22,370 nucleotides of DNA, taken from the NCBI GenBank assembly GCA_044224875.1, contig JBGAJQ010000076.1:1-22370 (forward strand), read 5' to 3'. The position numbers were made by a program, and so were the translations under genes. Below the pieces are notes generated by a model. That model saw nothing but the letters and a program-made list of their open reading frames with translations, did no database searches and had not been told where the DNA came from. Source of the DNA: Gemmatimonadaceae bacterium. GTDB taxonomy: Bacteria > Gemmatimonadota > Gemmatimonadetes > Gemmatimonadales > Gemmatimonadaceae. Shown piece after piece: positions 1-8,064 of this stretch; the stretch's first letter is position 1; every line of letters begins with the position of its first letter.

Positions 1-1783
1 ACGTCAGCCGCTCGAACTCCAGCGTGTAGCCCATCTTCCGCAGTTCGCTCCGGGTCCAGTCGGGCACTGACTCGGCGAGGAGGATGCGTCCCGGACGCGA
101 CTCGTGTTTTCCAAACGACGAGCGCATCTGGTAGGAGTTGATGTTCGCCGCCTCAACGGCCTCCTGCGGCGTCATCCCGAACTCCGTCACGTTCAGCAAG
201 AACTGGAGCAGGTTCTGGTCCTGCGAGTCGCCGCCCTGCACGGAGAACGCCAGGAACGGCGTGCCATCCCGAAGGGCGAGTGAGGGTGTGAGCGTGACAC
301 GAGGGCGCTTGCCCGGCTCGATGACGTTGAATGGCCCATCACCGGGATGCGTCACGAAACTCTGCGCGCGCTGGCTGAGCCCGACACCCGTGTGACCGGC
401 AATCACCGCAGGGACCCATCCGCCGCTGGGTGTGATTGAAATCATCATGCCCGAGGTGTCGGCGGCCTGGATGGACGTCGTGCCGGCATAGAAGGCGGCG
501 TCGAAGGTGGAGTCGTTGCTCGGGATCACCTTGTCCTGTTGACCGCTCTTCGGCATGTCGGCAGGGGCGCCCGTCGTTGACCACTTGTCCAACAACTCCT
601 TGAACGGGTTGCTGCCGCCTTGATACGGATAGGGATCGCCTGGCTTGATGGCGGCATCGTTGCGCTGCCAGTTGATCGATGCATAACGAGCCTTGGCATA
701 CTCCTTGGAGAGCAGCCCCTTCATGGGCTCCTCAGGGGCGAAGGCCGGGTCGCCGTAGTAGAAGTCACGATCGGCAAACGCCAGGCTCATCGCCTGGTAC
801 ACCGTGTGAATGTATCGGGCGCTGTTGTAGCCCATTGACTTGAGGTCGGCGTTCTCCAGGATGTTGAGGGCCTGAAGCAACGCCGGACCCTGGGTCCACT
901 GTTGGAGCTTGTAGACGTCCACGCCGCGATAACTCGTGGCCATGGGCTCCTCCAGCTTCACCTTCCAGTTCGCAAGGTCCTCCTTGGTGAAGAGGCCGCC
1001 TTCCTCGCGCACCCCGCGGACGATCTCCTCGGCGATGTCACCCTTGTAGAAGCGGTCGTAGGCGGCGTAGATCGCCTCCTTCCGCGACTTCCCGGCGCGC
1101 TTGGCGGTGGCTTCAGCTTCAACGAGCTTACGCAGCGTGGCAGCGAGGTCCTTCTGCACAAAAATCTCTCCCGCGACCGGTGCCTCGCGCGCTTCTCCGG
1201 CGTGAGGCAGCATGACGGCACGAGCGTACTTCCACTGCTTCAACCACTGCTTGTTGTTCTCGATCGAGTTCGCCGTTTGCCCGTCAATCGCGTAGCCATC
1301 GGCCATGGAGATGGCGGGAGCGAGTACGTCGGCCAGTGACATCGTGCCGAATTCCGCAAGCAGTGTCATCAGCCCACCGGGCGTCCCCGGCGTGACCGCG
1401 GCCAACGGTCCGTATTCTGGCGGGTTGTTCATGCCGCGAGAGCGGTAGTATTCCGGAGTTGCCCCTGACGGCGCGACGCCCAGCGCGTTCAACCCAACGA
1501 CCTTCTGCTGTTTGGGATCGTAGATCAACGCCTGCGTCTCGCCGCCCCAGCTCAAGACGTCCCACATGGTGGTCACGGCGCCAAGCATCGCCGCCGCGGC
1601 GTCGGCCGCGTTCCCGCCGCGCTGGAAGATCATGGCTCCCGCGGTCGCCGCCATGGGCTTCCCCGTCACGGCCACCCAATGCGTGCCATGCAGTGGCGGC
1701 TTCTGTGTCCTTTGGGCGTGCCCAGGGACGCTGATGGCGATTGCTGGGACTGCGAGCAGGGTAGCGAGGCAAGCGGCGCGCAT
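1..1783 (-). CDS. ggt: Gamma-glutamyltransferase family protein (Ntn hydrolase), secreted; 3' end runs off the window
   Basis: Hand translation from ATG at 1783: signal-peptide-like MRAACLATLLAVPAIAISVPGHAQ, then GGNAADAAAA, VTPGTPGG, FYKGDIAEEI, AFADRDFYYGDP, nucleophile GTTSIQAAD (~476-484), PGKRPRVTLTP, SVQGGDSQDQ. Open to base 2 with no stop, which is why the ORF track misses it. Confidence 0.93.
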   Translation of the reverse strand, partial: MRAACLATLLAVPAIAISVPGHAQRTQKPPLHGTHWVAVTGKPMAATAGAMIFQRGGNAADAAAAMLGAVTTMWDVLSWGGETQALIYDPKQQKVVGLNALGVAPSGATPEYYRSRGMNNPPEYGPLAAVTPGTPGGLMTLLAEFGTMSLADVLAPAISMADGYAIDGQTANSIENNKQWLKQWKYARAVMLPHAGEAREAPVAGEIFVQKDLAATLRKLVEAEATAKRAGKSRKEAIYAAYDRFYKGDIAEEIVRGVREEGGLFTKEDLANWKVKLEEPMATSYRGVDVYKLQQWTQGPALLQALNILENADLKSMGYNSARYIHTVYQAMSLAFADRDFYYGDPAFAPEEPMKGLLSKEYAKARYASINWQRNDAAIKPGDPYPYQGGSNPFKELLDKWSTTGAPADMPKSGQQDKVIPSNDSTFDAAFYAGTTSIQAADTSGMMISITPSGGWVPAVIAGHTGVGLSQRAQSFVTHPGDGPFNVIEPGKRPRVTLTPSLALRDGTPFLAFSVQGGDSQDQNLLQFLLNVTEFGMTPQEAVEAANINSYQMRSSFGKHESRPGRILLAESVPDWTRSELRKMGYTLEFERLT

Positions 1784-2058
1784 GACGGAGGGGAGCGAGG
1801 GGAACAGTCCAAACCCACTTTCAACGGGCACGTGATGTTTAGGATGGTGTCTCGCCCGGCCCGATGCCAGAGCGCCGACATTCGGATCGCATTTCCAGCC
1901 TGCATCCAGCTACCGCGCAAGCATACGGATTCGGAACTTTGCGCTGCTCTCGTCGCTACGTGCGAAAGGCCGGTCAAAAAAGGGAACGCTGATCCACGCG
2001 TACGACCACACAGATTGCCCCCTTGTCTGCCAACTTCATCCAACTTGGAACGCGCCCA

Positions 2059-2982
2059 ATGGACATCTTGAGTGCCATCGGGAACACGTCGATGGTTCGA
2101 CTGCAACGACTGCCTCCGGTTGGCAGTGCGTCAATTCTGGCAAAGCTCGAGTGGGAGAATCCCACCGGAAGCATGAAGGACCGAATGGCGCAAGCCGTGA
2201 TAGCGCGCGCCGAGGCGGACGGACGACTCAAGTCAGGGTATTCCGTGCTCGAGTACACCGGGGGCAGCACGGGAACGTCATTGGCCTTCGTTTGCGCAGG
2301 CAAGGGCTACCCGATTCGGATCGTGACCTCCGACGCATTCAGCCAGGAGAAGCGTGACTCCATGTCGGCGTTTGGCGCGGAGCTGGTGCTTGTTGCCAGC
2401 GAGGACGGGCGAACGACCAAGAAGCTCATCCTCGACATGATCGCGAAGGCGCGTGAGCTGAGTGCACAGCCGCATACCTTTTGGACGGACCAGCTGAACA
2501 ACCACGATGCGATCGCCGGCTATTACCCACTGGCGGAAGAGATCTGGCAACAGACGAACGGCGAGGTCGACGCCTTTGTTCACTCCGTAGGAACGGCGGC
2601 GTCGCTACGTGGCGTGGCGTCTGTGCTCAAGCGCTACAAGCCAGGCATCCGCATCGTGGCTGTTGAACCTGGAGAATCGCCGGTGTTGTCAGGCGGCCAG
2701 CCGAGTCCGCACAAGATCGAGGGTGTGGGCATCGGGTACACGCCGCCGCTGTGGGAGCCGAGTCTGGTGGACACCATTGTGCCGGTGGGAACCGATGACG
2801 CGAAGGCCATGGCGCGCCGATTGGCGCGAGAGGAGGGGATTTTCGCCGGTACGTCGTCGGGCGCCAACGTGGTGGCGTCGCTGCGGATTGCTGCGGAGCT
2901 GGGCCCGCGAGCGAAGGTGGTCACGCTCATGTGCGACACGGGCACGAAGTACCTGAGCACCGATGTTTTCCGTCGCCCGTAG
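2059..2982 (+). CDS. Cysteine synthase family (PLP-dependent, fold type II) protein with atypical motifs
   Basis: IGNTSMVRL, KLEWENPTGSMKDR (PLP Lys), AVEP, HKIEGVG, EEGIFAGTSSGAN, CDTGTKYLST. ATG 2059 gives 307 aa, a typical family length. Confidence 0.9.
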   Translation: MDILSAIGNTSMVRLQRLPPVGSASILAKLEWENPTGSMKDRMAQAVIARAEADGRLKSGYSVLEYTGGSTGTSLAFVCAGKGYPIRIVTSDAFSQEKRDSMSAFGAELVLVASEDGRTTKKLILDMIAKARELSAQPHTFWTDQLNNHDAIAGYYPLAEEIWQQTNGEVDAFVHSVGTAASLRGVASVLKRYKPGIRIVAVEPGESPVLSGGQPSPHKIEGVGIGYTPPLWEPSLVDTIVPVGTDDAKAMARRLAREEGIFAGTSSGANVVASLRIAAELGPRAKVVTLMCDTGTKYLSTDVFRRP

Positions 2983-3085
2983 GCCAGCCGGCCGAACTGG
3001 TTAGGGCGCGTCAGCGGGAGTGGAGGTAAGCCACTTGCGCCGTCGCATCATCCCGGCGGCGACTTGTACAAATTCCCAAGCGCCC

Positions 3086-4279
3086 TCAGGCGCGCGAGGC
3101 GACCGGGTTGGTGCAGCTGGCGGCGTAGCGAGCGATGCGGCGGCAGGCTTCGCGCAGTCGTTCGTGATCTACACCGAGCGTGATGCGTACATGGCCCGCG
3201 CCACTCGGCCCAAAGCCCTCGCCCGGTGTGACCGACACGCCCTCGGCGTCCAGCAAGCCGCGGGCAAACTGCTTGCCGTCCAGCCCGGTGCCTCGAACGT
3301 CGGCGAAGATGTACATCCCCGCATCTGGCATGCGTGCGACGATGCCGGGGACGCCGGCAAGGGCGTCAACCGCGGTTCGTGCGCGGTGCTGGTACGAGGC
3401 GCGAATGCGTTCCAGGTCATCCCCGCTCGTCTGTAGCGCGGCGGTCGCGGCATCCTGGACGAATTGTGCCACGCCAAAGAACATGGCACGCGCCATGTGA
3501 TCCAGGTGGTGCGCCAGCTCCAACGAGGTAATGGTCCAGCCGCACCGCCACCCCGTCATGGCGTGGGACTTGGAAAGACTGGAGATGAGTACGCCGCGTT
3601 CGAGCATGTTCGGCAGCGCCAACGGGCTCTGGTGCGGAAGGGTGAAATTGAGCGCGGCATACACCTCGTCGGACAGGCACCAGAGATCGTGCTGGCGGCA
3701 GAGCGCCGCGACGGCCGACGCGGCCTCGGGTGAAAGACACGCGCCGGTCGGATTGTGTGGGAAGTTCAGGAGGATGCCGCGGGTCCGCGTGGTGATGGCC
3801 CGCGCCACCTCGCTGGGATCGAGATGGAATCGGTTCTCGGGCCGCAAGGGAACTTGCACCATTCGAGCACCCGGCGCGCCCAGCACCGCTTCGTACGTGA
3901 CGTACGCCGGCTCCGCGACAATGACTTCATCTCCAGGCTCGAAGAGGCACTGCGCGACGGCAAACAGGGCAGCTTGGGCTCCCGGAAACATCGTCACGTG
4001 ATTCGGCCCGACATCGATTCCGATCGACTCTTTGGCTTGACTGGCAATCGCTTCCCGCACGGCTACCTCGCCACGGATGGGCGAGTAGTGCGTGCGCCCG
4101 CTTTCGATGGCTTCAGCCGCGGCGCGTCGGATACCGGCGGGTGTGTCGAAGTCGGGGTCGCCAATGGACAGCAGGATGATGTCGCCACCTGCCGCCTGAC
4201 GCTGAATCGCCAGGTCATGCACGATCCAGGCGTCCGAGCCTTCGCCCGCGATGCGGTCGGTCAGAGAGGAGTAGCGCAA
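3086..4279 (-). CDS. aruH: PLP-dependent class I/II aminotransferase, arginine-pyruvate transaminase AruH-like
   Basis: TTG start at 4279 gives (M)RYSSLTDRIAGEGSDAW..LLSIGDPDFDTP, which closely resembles the P. aeruginosa AruH N-terminus as I recall it. Also PHNPTG, SDEVY and SLSKSHAMTGWRCGW (PLP Lys). 397 aa. Family is certain; substrate is inferred. Confidence 0.85.
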   Translation of the reverse strand: MRYSSLTDRIAGEGSDAWIVHDLAIQRQAAGGDIILLSIGDPDFDTPAGIRRAAAEAIESGRTHYSPIRGEVAVREAIASQAKESIGIDVGPNHVTMFPGAQAALFAVAQCLFEPGDEVIVAEPAYVTYEAVLGAPGARMVQVPLRPENRFHLDPSEVARAITTRTRGILLNFPHNPTGACLSPEAASAVAALCRQHDLWCLSDEVYAALNFTLPHQSPLALPNMLERGVLISSLSKSHAMTGWRCGWTITSLELAHHLDHMARAMFFGVAQFVQDAATAALQTSGDDLERIRASYQHRARTAVDALAGVPGIVARMPDAGMYIFADVRGTGLDGKQFARGLLDAEGVSVTPGEGFGPSGAGHVRITLGVDHERLREACRRIARYAASCTNPVASRA

Positions 4280-4512
4280 CGGAGTCGGTTTGAAGTCTCG
4301 GCGGAAATTAGAGCCCCGCGCATTCTGGCGCCTCCTTGAGCATTTCGGCAACCCCGCCCACGTTCCTCGCAGGCTACGGATGCGGGAAGACGTGTACCCG
4401 CGCGGGCCTTGGCGCGTTGGGGGCGAGGCGTTGCACTGCGTGATCCATGGCGCGCGCGGTGAGAACCTGGCCACTCCAGCCGTACCGTGGAACAGTGCAA
4501 GGAGCCTAACGA

Positions 4513-4845
4513 ATGTTTCGATACCGGCAAGATGAGCTGCCCTTTGTGGGCAGCTCCCATCAGTTCGTGGGGGCCGAGCGCGGCGACGTTGGCATCTCGG
4601 TGTTCCTTCTGAGTGCTGAACCTGGTCGTGGCCCCGGTCCCCACCGACATCCGTACGACGAGGTCCAGTTTGTCCGCGAGGGGCGTGGCGTGTGGACGGT
4701 TGACGGCCAGGAGTTCGAAGCGGGCGCCGGCGACATCCTGGTCATCAAGGCGGGGGAGGTTCACGGGTTCCGCTGCGTCGGAACCTCACCCTTGGTGCAG
4801 GTCGACGTTCACCTGAGTCCGCGGTTCATTCAGGAAAATTTGTAA
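4513..4845 (+). CDS. Cupin domain protein (Cupin_2-like)
   Basis: Cupin motif 1 GPHRHPYDEVQFVREG and motif 2 GDILVIKAGEVHGF. AAGGAG Shine-Dalgarno at 4499-4504. Confidence 0.88.
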   Translation: MFRYRQDELPFVGSSHQFVGAERGDVGISVFLLSAEPGRGPGPHRHPYDEVQFVREGRGVWTVDGQEFEAGAGDILVIKAGEVHGFRCVGTSPLVQVDVHLSPRFIQENL

Positions 4846-4888
4846 TCTTTTGCTGGCGCCGATCGCCGGACTCCCCAATGGAGCATCA

Positions 4889-5260
4889 ATGGATCGCAAG
4901 GCCCTGATCAGGGAATACAAGGAACGGCGCCCGCCGATGGGCACGTATCGGATAAAGAATGTCGTCACGGGTCACTGCCTCGTGGCCGCCGCCCGTGACG
5001 TCCCGTCGATGCTCAACCGCCACAAGGCCCAGCTCCGCATGGGCGCGCATTCGTCGCGCGACCTGCAGGCGGACTGGGCCGCGCATGGCCCGGATTCCTT
5101 CGTGTTCGAGGTGTTGGAGCTGCTGCCCCCTCCCGAAGACCCGGCACGCGACCCGTTAGGCGACCTGGTCGCGCTGGAAGACCTCTGGCTGGAGAAGCTA
5201 GGCGTGCCCGGAGATCGTATGCACTCGATCGATCCGGCGAGACTGAAGCGACGGAGCTGA
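4889..5260 (+). CDS. GIY-YIG nuclease-fold family protein (small stand-alone, LuxR-associated-like subgroup)
   Basis: MDRKALIREYKE..MGTYRIKN..G..NRH...L..G.H....LQADW...G...FVFEVLE pattern. GGAG at 4880-4883 precedes ATG 4889. Confidence 0.78.
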   Translation: MDRKALIREYKERRPPMGTYRIKNVVTGHCLVAAARDVPSMLNRHKAQLRMGAHSSRDLQADWAAHGPDSFVFEVLELLPPPEDPARDPLGDLVALEDLWLEKLGVPGDRMHSIDPARLKRRS

Positions 5261-5273
5261 GGAGCGCCGCTCC

Positions 5274-5678
5274 TTACCCTGGCTGGTTCCGCATGTGATC
5301 GGCCAATCCGTGCAGCCGTTCGCGCAAGTACTCACGGAGGGCGTCTGGCATCTCGTGCCCGTCCAGGGCGCGATCCATGCACCACAGCCACTCATCCCGC
5401 TCGCGCGTCGAGATCTGGAACGGGAAGTGGCGCATTCGCAATCGTGGGTGCCCGAACTTCTCCTCGTAGACGGGCGGGCCCCCGGTCCAGCCGGTCAGGT
5501 AGAGGTACAGCTTTTCCCGGGATGCCTTGAGGCTCGCGGCGTGTAGCGCCCGCACATGTACGGCCTCGGGCGACGTGTCCATGAGGTCATAAAAGCGATC
5601 CACCAGCATCCGGATCCCCGTGGCACCGCCGAGGAGCTCATACGGAACGGTGGCCGGCGATGAGTCGGGCGTCGACAT
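5274..5678 (-). CDS. glbO: Group II truncated (2/2) haemoglobin
   Basis: PYELLGG, LVDRFYDLM (Tyr B10), GWTGGPPVY, GHPRLRMRHFPF (proximal His), EWLWCM (Trp G8), LADHMRN. 134 aa from ATG 5678. Confidence 0.92.
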   Translation of the reverse strand: MSTPDSSPATVPYELLGGATGIRMLVDRFYDLMDTSPEAVHVRALHAASLKASREKLYLYLTGWTGGPPVYEEKFGHPRLRMRHFPFQISTRERDEWLWCMDRALDGHEMPDALREYLRERLHGLADHMRNQPG

Positions 5679-5750
5679 GCTCGAAAGATACACTGGGTGC
5701 CACCGCTCGGGCTTTCCGATCCACGGGCTGCTTCGCATGTTCTTCCGGTC

Positions 5751-6350
5751 ATGCGACACGCGACGCCACCGACGGCACCCCAATCCGCGCAAACGACGTT
5801 AGGCGAGCACCGCTGGATCGCCTGGGCGTGGCTCCGTAAACGCCGCGTGCTAGCGACGCTCATTGGCCTTGGCGTGACTGGTGGCTTCGTCCAGTCCATT
5901 CACGCGCAGGTGGGCTCGAAACAGGATCGGTTCCCTGACTTTGGGCAGGTGGTTCTCCTGCCCAAGCCGTCACCAACGCCAATTCCCGGACAACGCCCGC
6001 CGGACTATCCCTCGGCCCTCCGCCGGTCGGAGAAGGAGGGCTATGTGGTCGTGGGCGCGGTAGTCGACACGGCGGGCAACATCGAACCGTGGTCGGTGTC
6101 CTTCTTCCAGCTGAACGATGGGGGATTCAAGGGCACCGTGTGCGAGTGGTTGTTGCGCCTGAAGTTGGAGCCGTATGCCGACTCTACCGGCTTCCGACGG
6201 GCACTCGTGCTGGTGCCGCTCGCGTTCGAGCTCACCGGAGAGCGGATGCCGAAGGGGGCCCCACCGACGATGGGGTTCGAACTCATCATCCGGAACTCAG
6301 CACCCGACAGCGTGCGCCAGCGGATGGAGAGGCTGCCACACTGTAAGTGA
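5751..6350 (+). CDS. TonB C-terminal-domain-like exported protein (start uncertain; GTG 5847 is an alternative)
   Basis: Hydrophobic N-terminal segment (RKRRVLATLIGLGVTGGFVQSIHAQ), Pro-rich linker, then PDYPSALRRSEKEGYVVVGAVVDTAG, matching the TonB_C YP...EG.V....VD..G signature. Confidence 0.65.
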   Translation: MRHATPPTAPQSAQTTLGEHRWIAWAWLRKRRVLATLIGLGVTGGFVQSIHAQVGSKQDRFPDFGQVVLLPKPSPTPIPGQRPPDYPSALRRSEKEGYVVVGAVVDTAGNIEPWSVSFFQLNDGGFKGTVCEWLLRLKLEPYADSTGFRRALVLVPLAFELTGERMPKGAPPTMGFELIIRNSAPDSVRQRMERLPHCK

Positions 6351-6416
6351 AGGATGAAGCCCCCGGAGTCCGACAGATGCGAGGCACAGCCCCTCACCCG
6401 TTGTTAGTTTGAGCGC

Positions 6417-7007
6417 ATGGAATCGACTGATCTGGCTGGGGTGCTCGACTTCCTGCGAGCGGCTGAGCAATTGAAAGTGAAGACACGGAGTGCCTTCACG
6501 AGCGACGGGCGCGCCGAGAGCATTGCGGAGCACACGTGGCGACTCTGCCTGATGGCGATGGTCTTGCGGCCAACGTTCCCGGACGTCGACTTCACGAGAG
6601 TGATGACCATGTGCCTGGTTCACGACCTCGGCGAAGCGATCGGCGGAGACGTGAGCGCACCAGAGCAGGCCAGGCGTTTGTCGGAGGATCCGTTGGCGGC
6701 GAAGTCATCGCGAGAGCGCGAGGACTTGTCGACGCTTGTCGCACCGCTCCCCGCGTCCATGCGCGCGGAGATCTGCGGCCTGTGGGATGAATACGAGGCG
6801 GCCGCAACACCTGAGGCGCGCCTTTGCAAGGCGCTCGACAAGCTGGAGACGATCCTCCAACATACGCAGGGAAAGAACCCCCCTGACTTCGACTACCGCT
6901 TCAACCTGTCGTATGGGCGACGCTTCACTGAAGGGCATCCGGTGATCGTGCAGTTGCGTGCCATGCTGGACCGCGAAACGGAGCGTCGAGCGGTTGAGGG
7001 TCGGTGA
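6417..7007 (+). CDS. HD domain metal-dependent phosphohydrolase (HDDC2/YfbR-like, HD_3)
   Basis: ESIAEHTWR, LVHDLGEAIGGD, LWDEYE, ALDKLET motifs. Confidence 0.9.
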   Translation: MESTDLAGVLDFLRAAEQLKVKTRSAFTSDGRAESIAEHTWRLCLMAMVLRPTFPDVDFTRVMTMCLVHDLGEAIGGDVSAPEQARRLSEDPLAAKSSREREDLSTLVAPLPASMRAEICGLWDEYEAAATPEARLCKALDKLETILQHTQGKNPPDFDYRFNLSYGRRFTEGHPVIVQLRAMLDRETERRAVEGR

Positions 7008-7025
7008 ATCGTGAAGGAGGTTGAA

Positions 7026-7430
7026 TTGACGACGGTTGCCATGGGCAAGTTCGAAGTGAAGGTGACCCCGCAGGCGAGTGACGAGGTCGCCAATTCCGCG
7101 ACGCTCGGGCGCATGTCCCTCGAAAAGACATTCCACGGGGACTTGGACGGGACGAGTGTTGGCACCATGCTGACGGCGTCGGGGAGTGTGAAGGGTTCCG
7201 CCGGCTACGTGGCGGTGGAACGCTTCACGGGAGCCTTGCATGGCCGGAGCGGGAGCTTCGCCCTGCAACACAGCGGCTCCATGAATCGAGGTGCGCCTTC
7301 CCTTACGATCACCGTGGTTCCTGATACAGGCACGGAGGCGCTGACGGGCATATCCGGGAGCTTGAAGATCCTTATCGCGGACGGAAACCACTCATACGAG
7401 TTCACGTATGAGCTGCCGGCGGGTGCCTGA
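7026..7430 (+). CDS. DUF3224 family protein
   Basis: GKFEVK, KTFHGDLDGTS, GSAGYVAVERFTG.L.GR.GSF.LQH, VVPDTGT..L.GISG. Perfect AAGGAGG at 7014-7020 precedes an in-frame TTG at 7026. Confidence 0.88.
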   Translation: MTTVAMGKFEVKVTPQASDEVANSATLGRMSLEKTFHGDLDGTSVGTMLTASGSVKGSAGYVAVERFTGALHGRSGSFALQHSGSMNRGAPSLTITVVPDTGTEALTGISGSLKILIADGNHSYEFTYELPAGA

Positions 7431-7432
7431 CG

Positions 7433-7951
7433 ATGTGGGCATATCGTCCGCGGTGTCTGGTTTGGCGAGGTGACTGGCGCTGGCGGGCCATGCTCGTCGC
7501 GCTGGCACTGTGCTCTGGGGCCAGTCTCGCGGCGCAGGATGCAAATCCGCGCTTCGGCCGGTGGCGGCTCAAGTCCGACGCGCCCGCTCCCGCCAGCAAC
7601 ATCATGACATACGAACCCTTCGGTGATCGCGGCATGAAGGTCACCATCGAGGCCGTGAGCGCGAAGGGCGACACCACGCGGTGGTGGTACACCACCAACT
7701 TCGACGGCAAGGACATGCCGGTCACCGGGAACCCGGGTCAGACCCACAGCGCGGTGCGACGTATCAGCGATCGGGTGAACGAGATCGTGAACAAGAAGGA
7801 CGGTCGGGTGACGCAGGTGCTCACGAACGTCCTGTCGGGTGACGGGAATACCATCGCAGTCATCTACATGCGGGATGACGGTGAAGGTCATACCACCAAC
7901 GTCTCGTTTGCGACGTACGAGCGCATTCGCGCGGGGCCAGCGACGCCGTAA
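7433..7951 (+). CDS. Secreted hypothetical protein, predicted beta-rich (start may be ATG 7490)
   Basis: Signal-peptide-like MLVALALCSGASLAA|QD. The mature part has GRWRL near its start and alternating beta-strand patterns. It starts 2 nt after the DUF3224 stop and uses GC3-rich codons. Confidence 0.75.
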   Translation: MWAYRPRCLVWRGDWRWRAMLVALALCSGASLAAQDANPRFGRWRLKSDAPAPASNIMTYEPFGDRGMKVTIEAVSAKGDTTRWWYTTNFDGKDMPVTGNPGQTHSAVRRISDRVNEIVNKKDGRVTQVLTNVLSGDGNTIAVIYMRDDGEGHTTNVSFATYERIRAGPATP

Positions 7952-7975
7952 CGCCGCGGCCAACGGTCGTGGCGT
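7951..7975 (+). terminator. GC-rich stem-loop after the HD-DUF3224-hypothetical run (terminator or mRNA stabiliser)
   Basis: ACGCCGCGGCC-AAC-GGTCGTGGCGT forms an 11-bp stem with two G-U pairs right at the stop codon. There is no U-tract. Confidence 0.3.
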
Positions 7976-8064
7976 CCACGTACGCTGGCCCACTCTGGTC
8001 GTCCGCCGCCCTAGTTGCAGCTCACGGTAAGCAGCCACCCCCAGCCGGTGAGGGGAGGAACGCC

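Noticed and set aside
4280..4474. 65-aa N-terminal extension of the aminotransferase
   Set aside because: It is Arg/Pro-rich and non-homologous. Family similarity begins at TTG 4279.
4504..7951. Integron cassette array suggested by many small genes and GCCTAAC (4504) / GTTAGGC (5798) motifs
   Set aside because: No integrase is present, no paired core and inverse-core sites lie within attC distance, gene orientation is mixed, and GTTAGGC also occurs inside coding regions as Leu-Gly codons.
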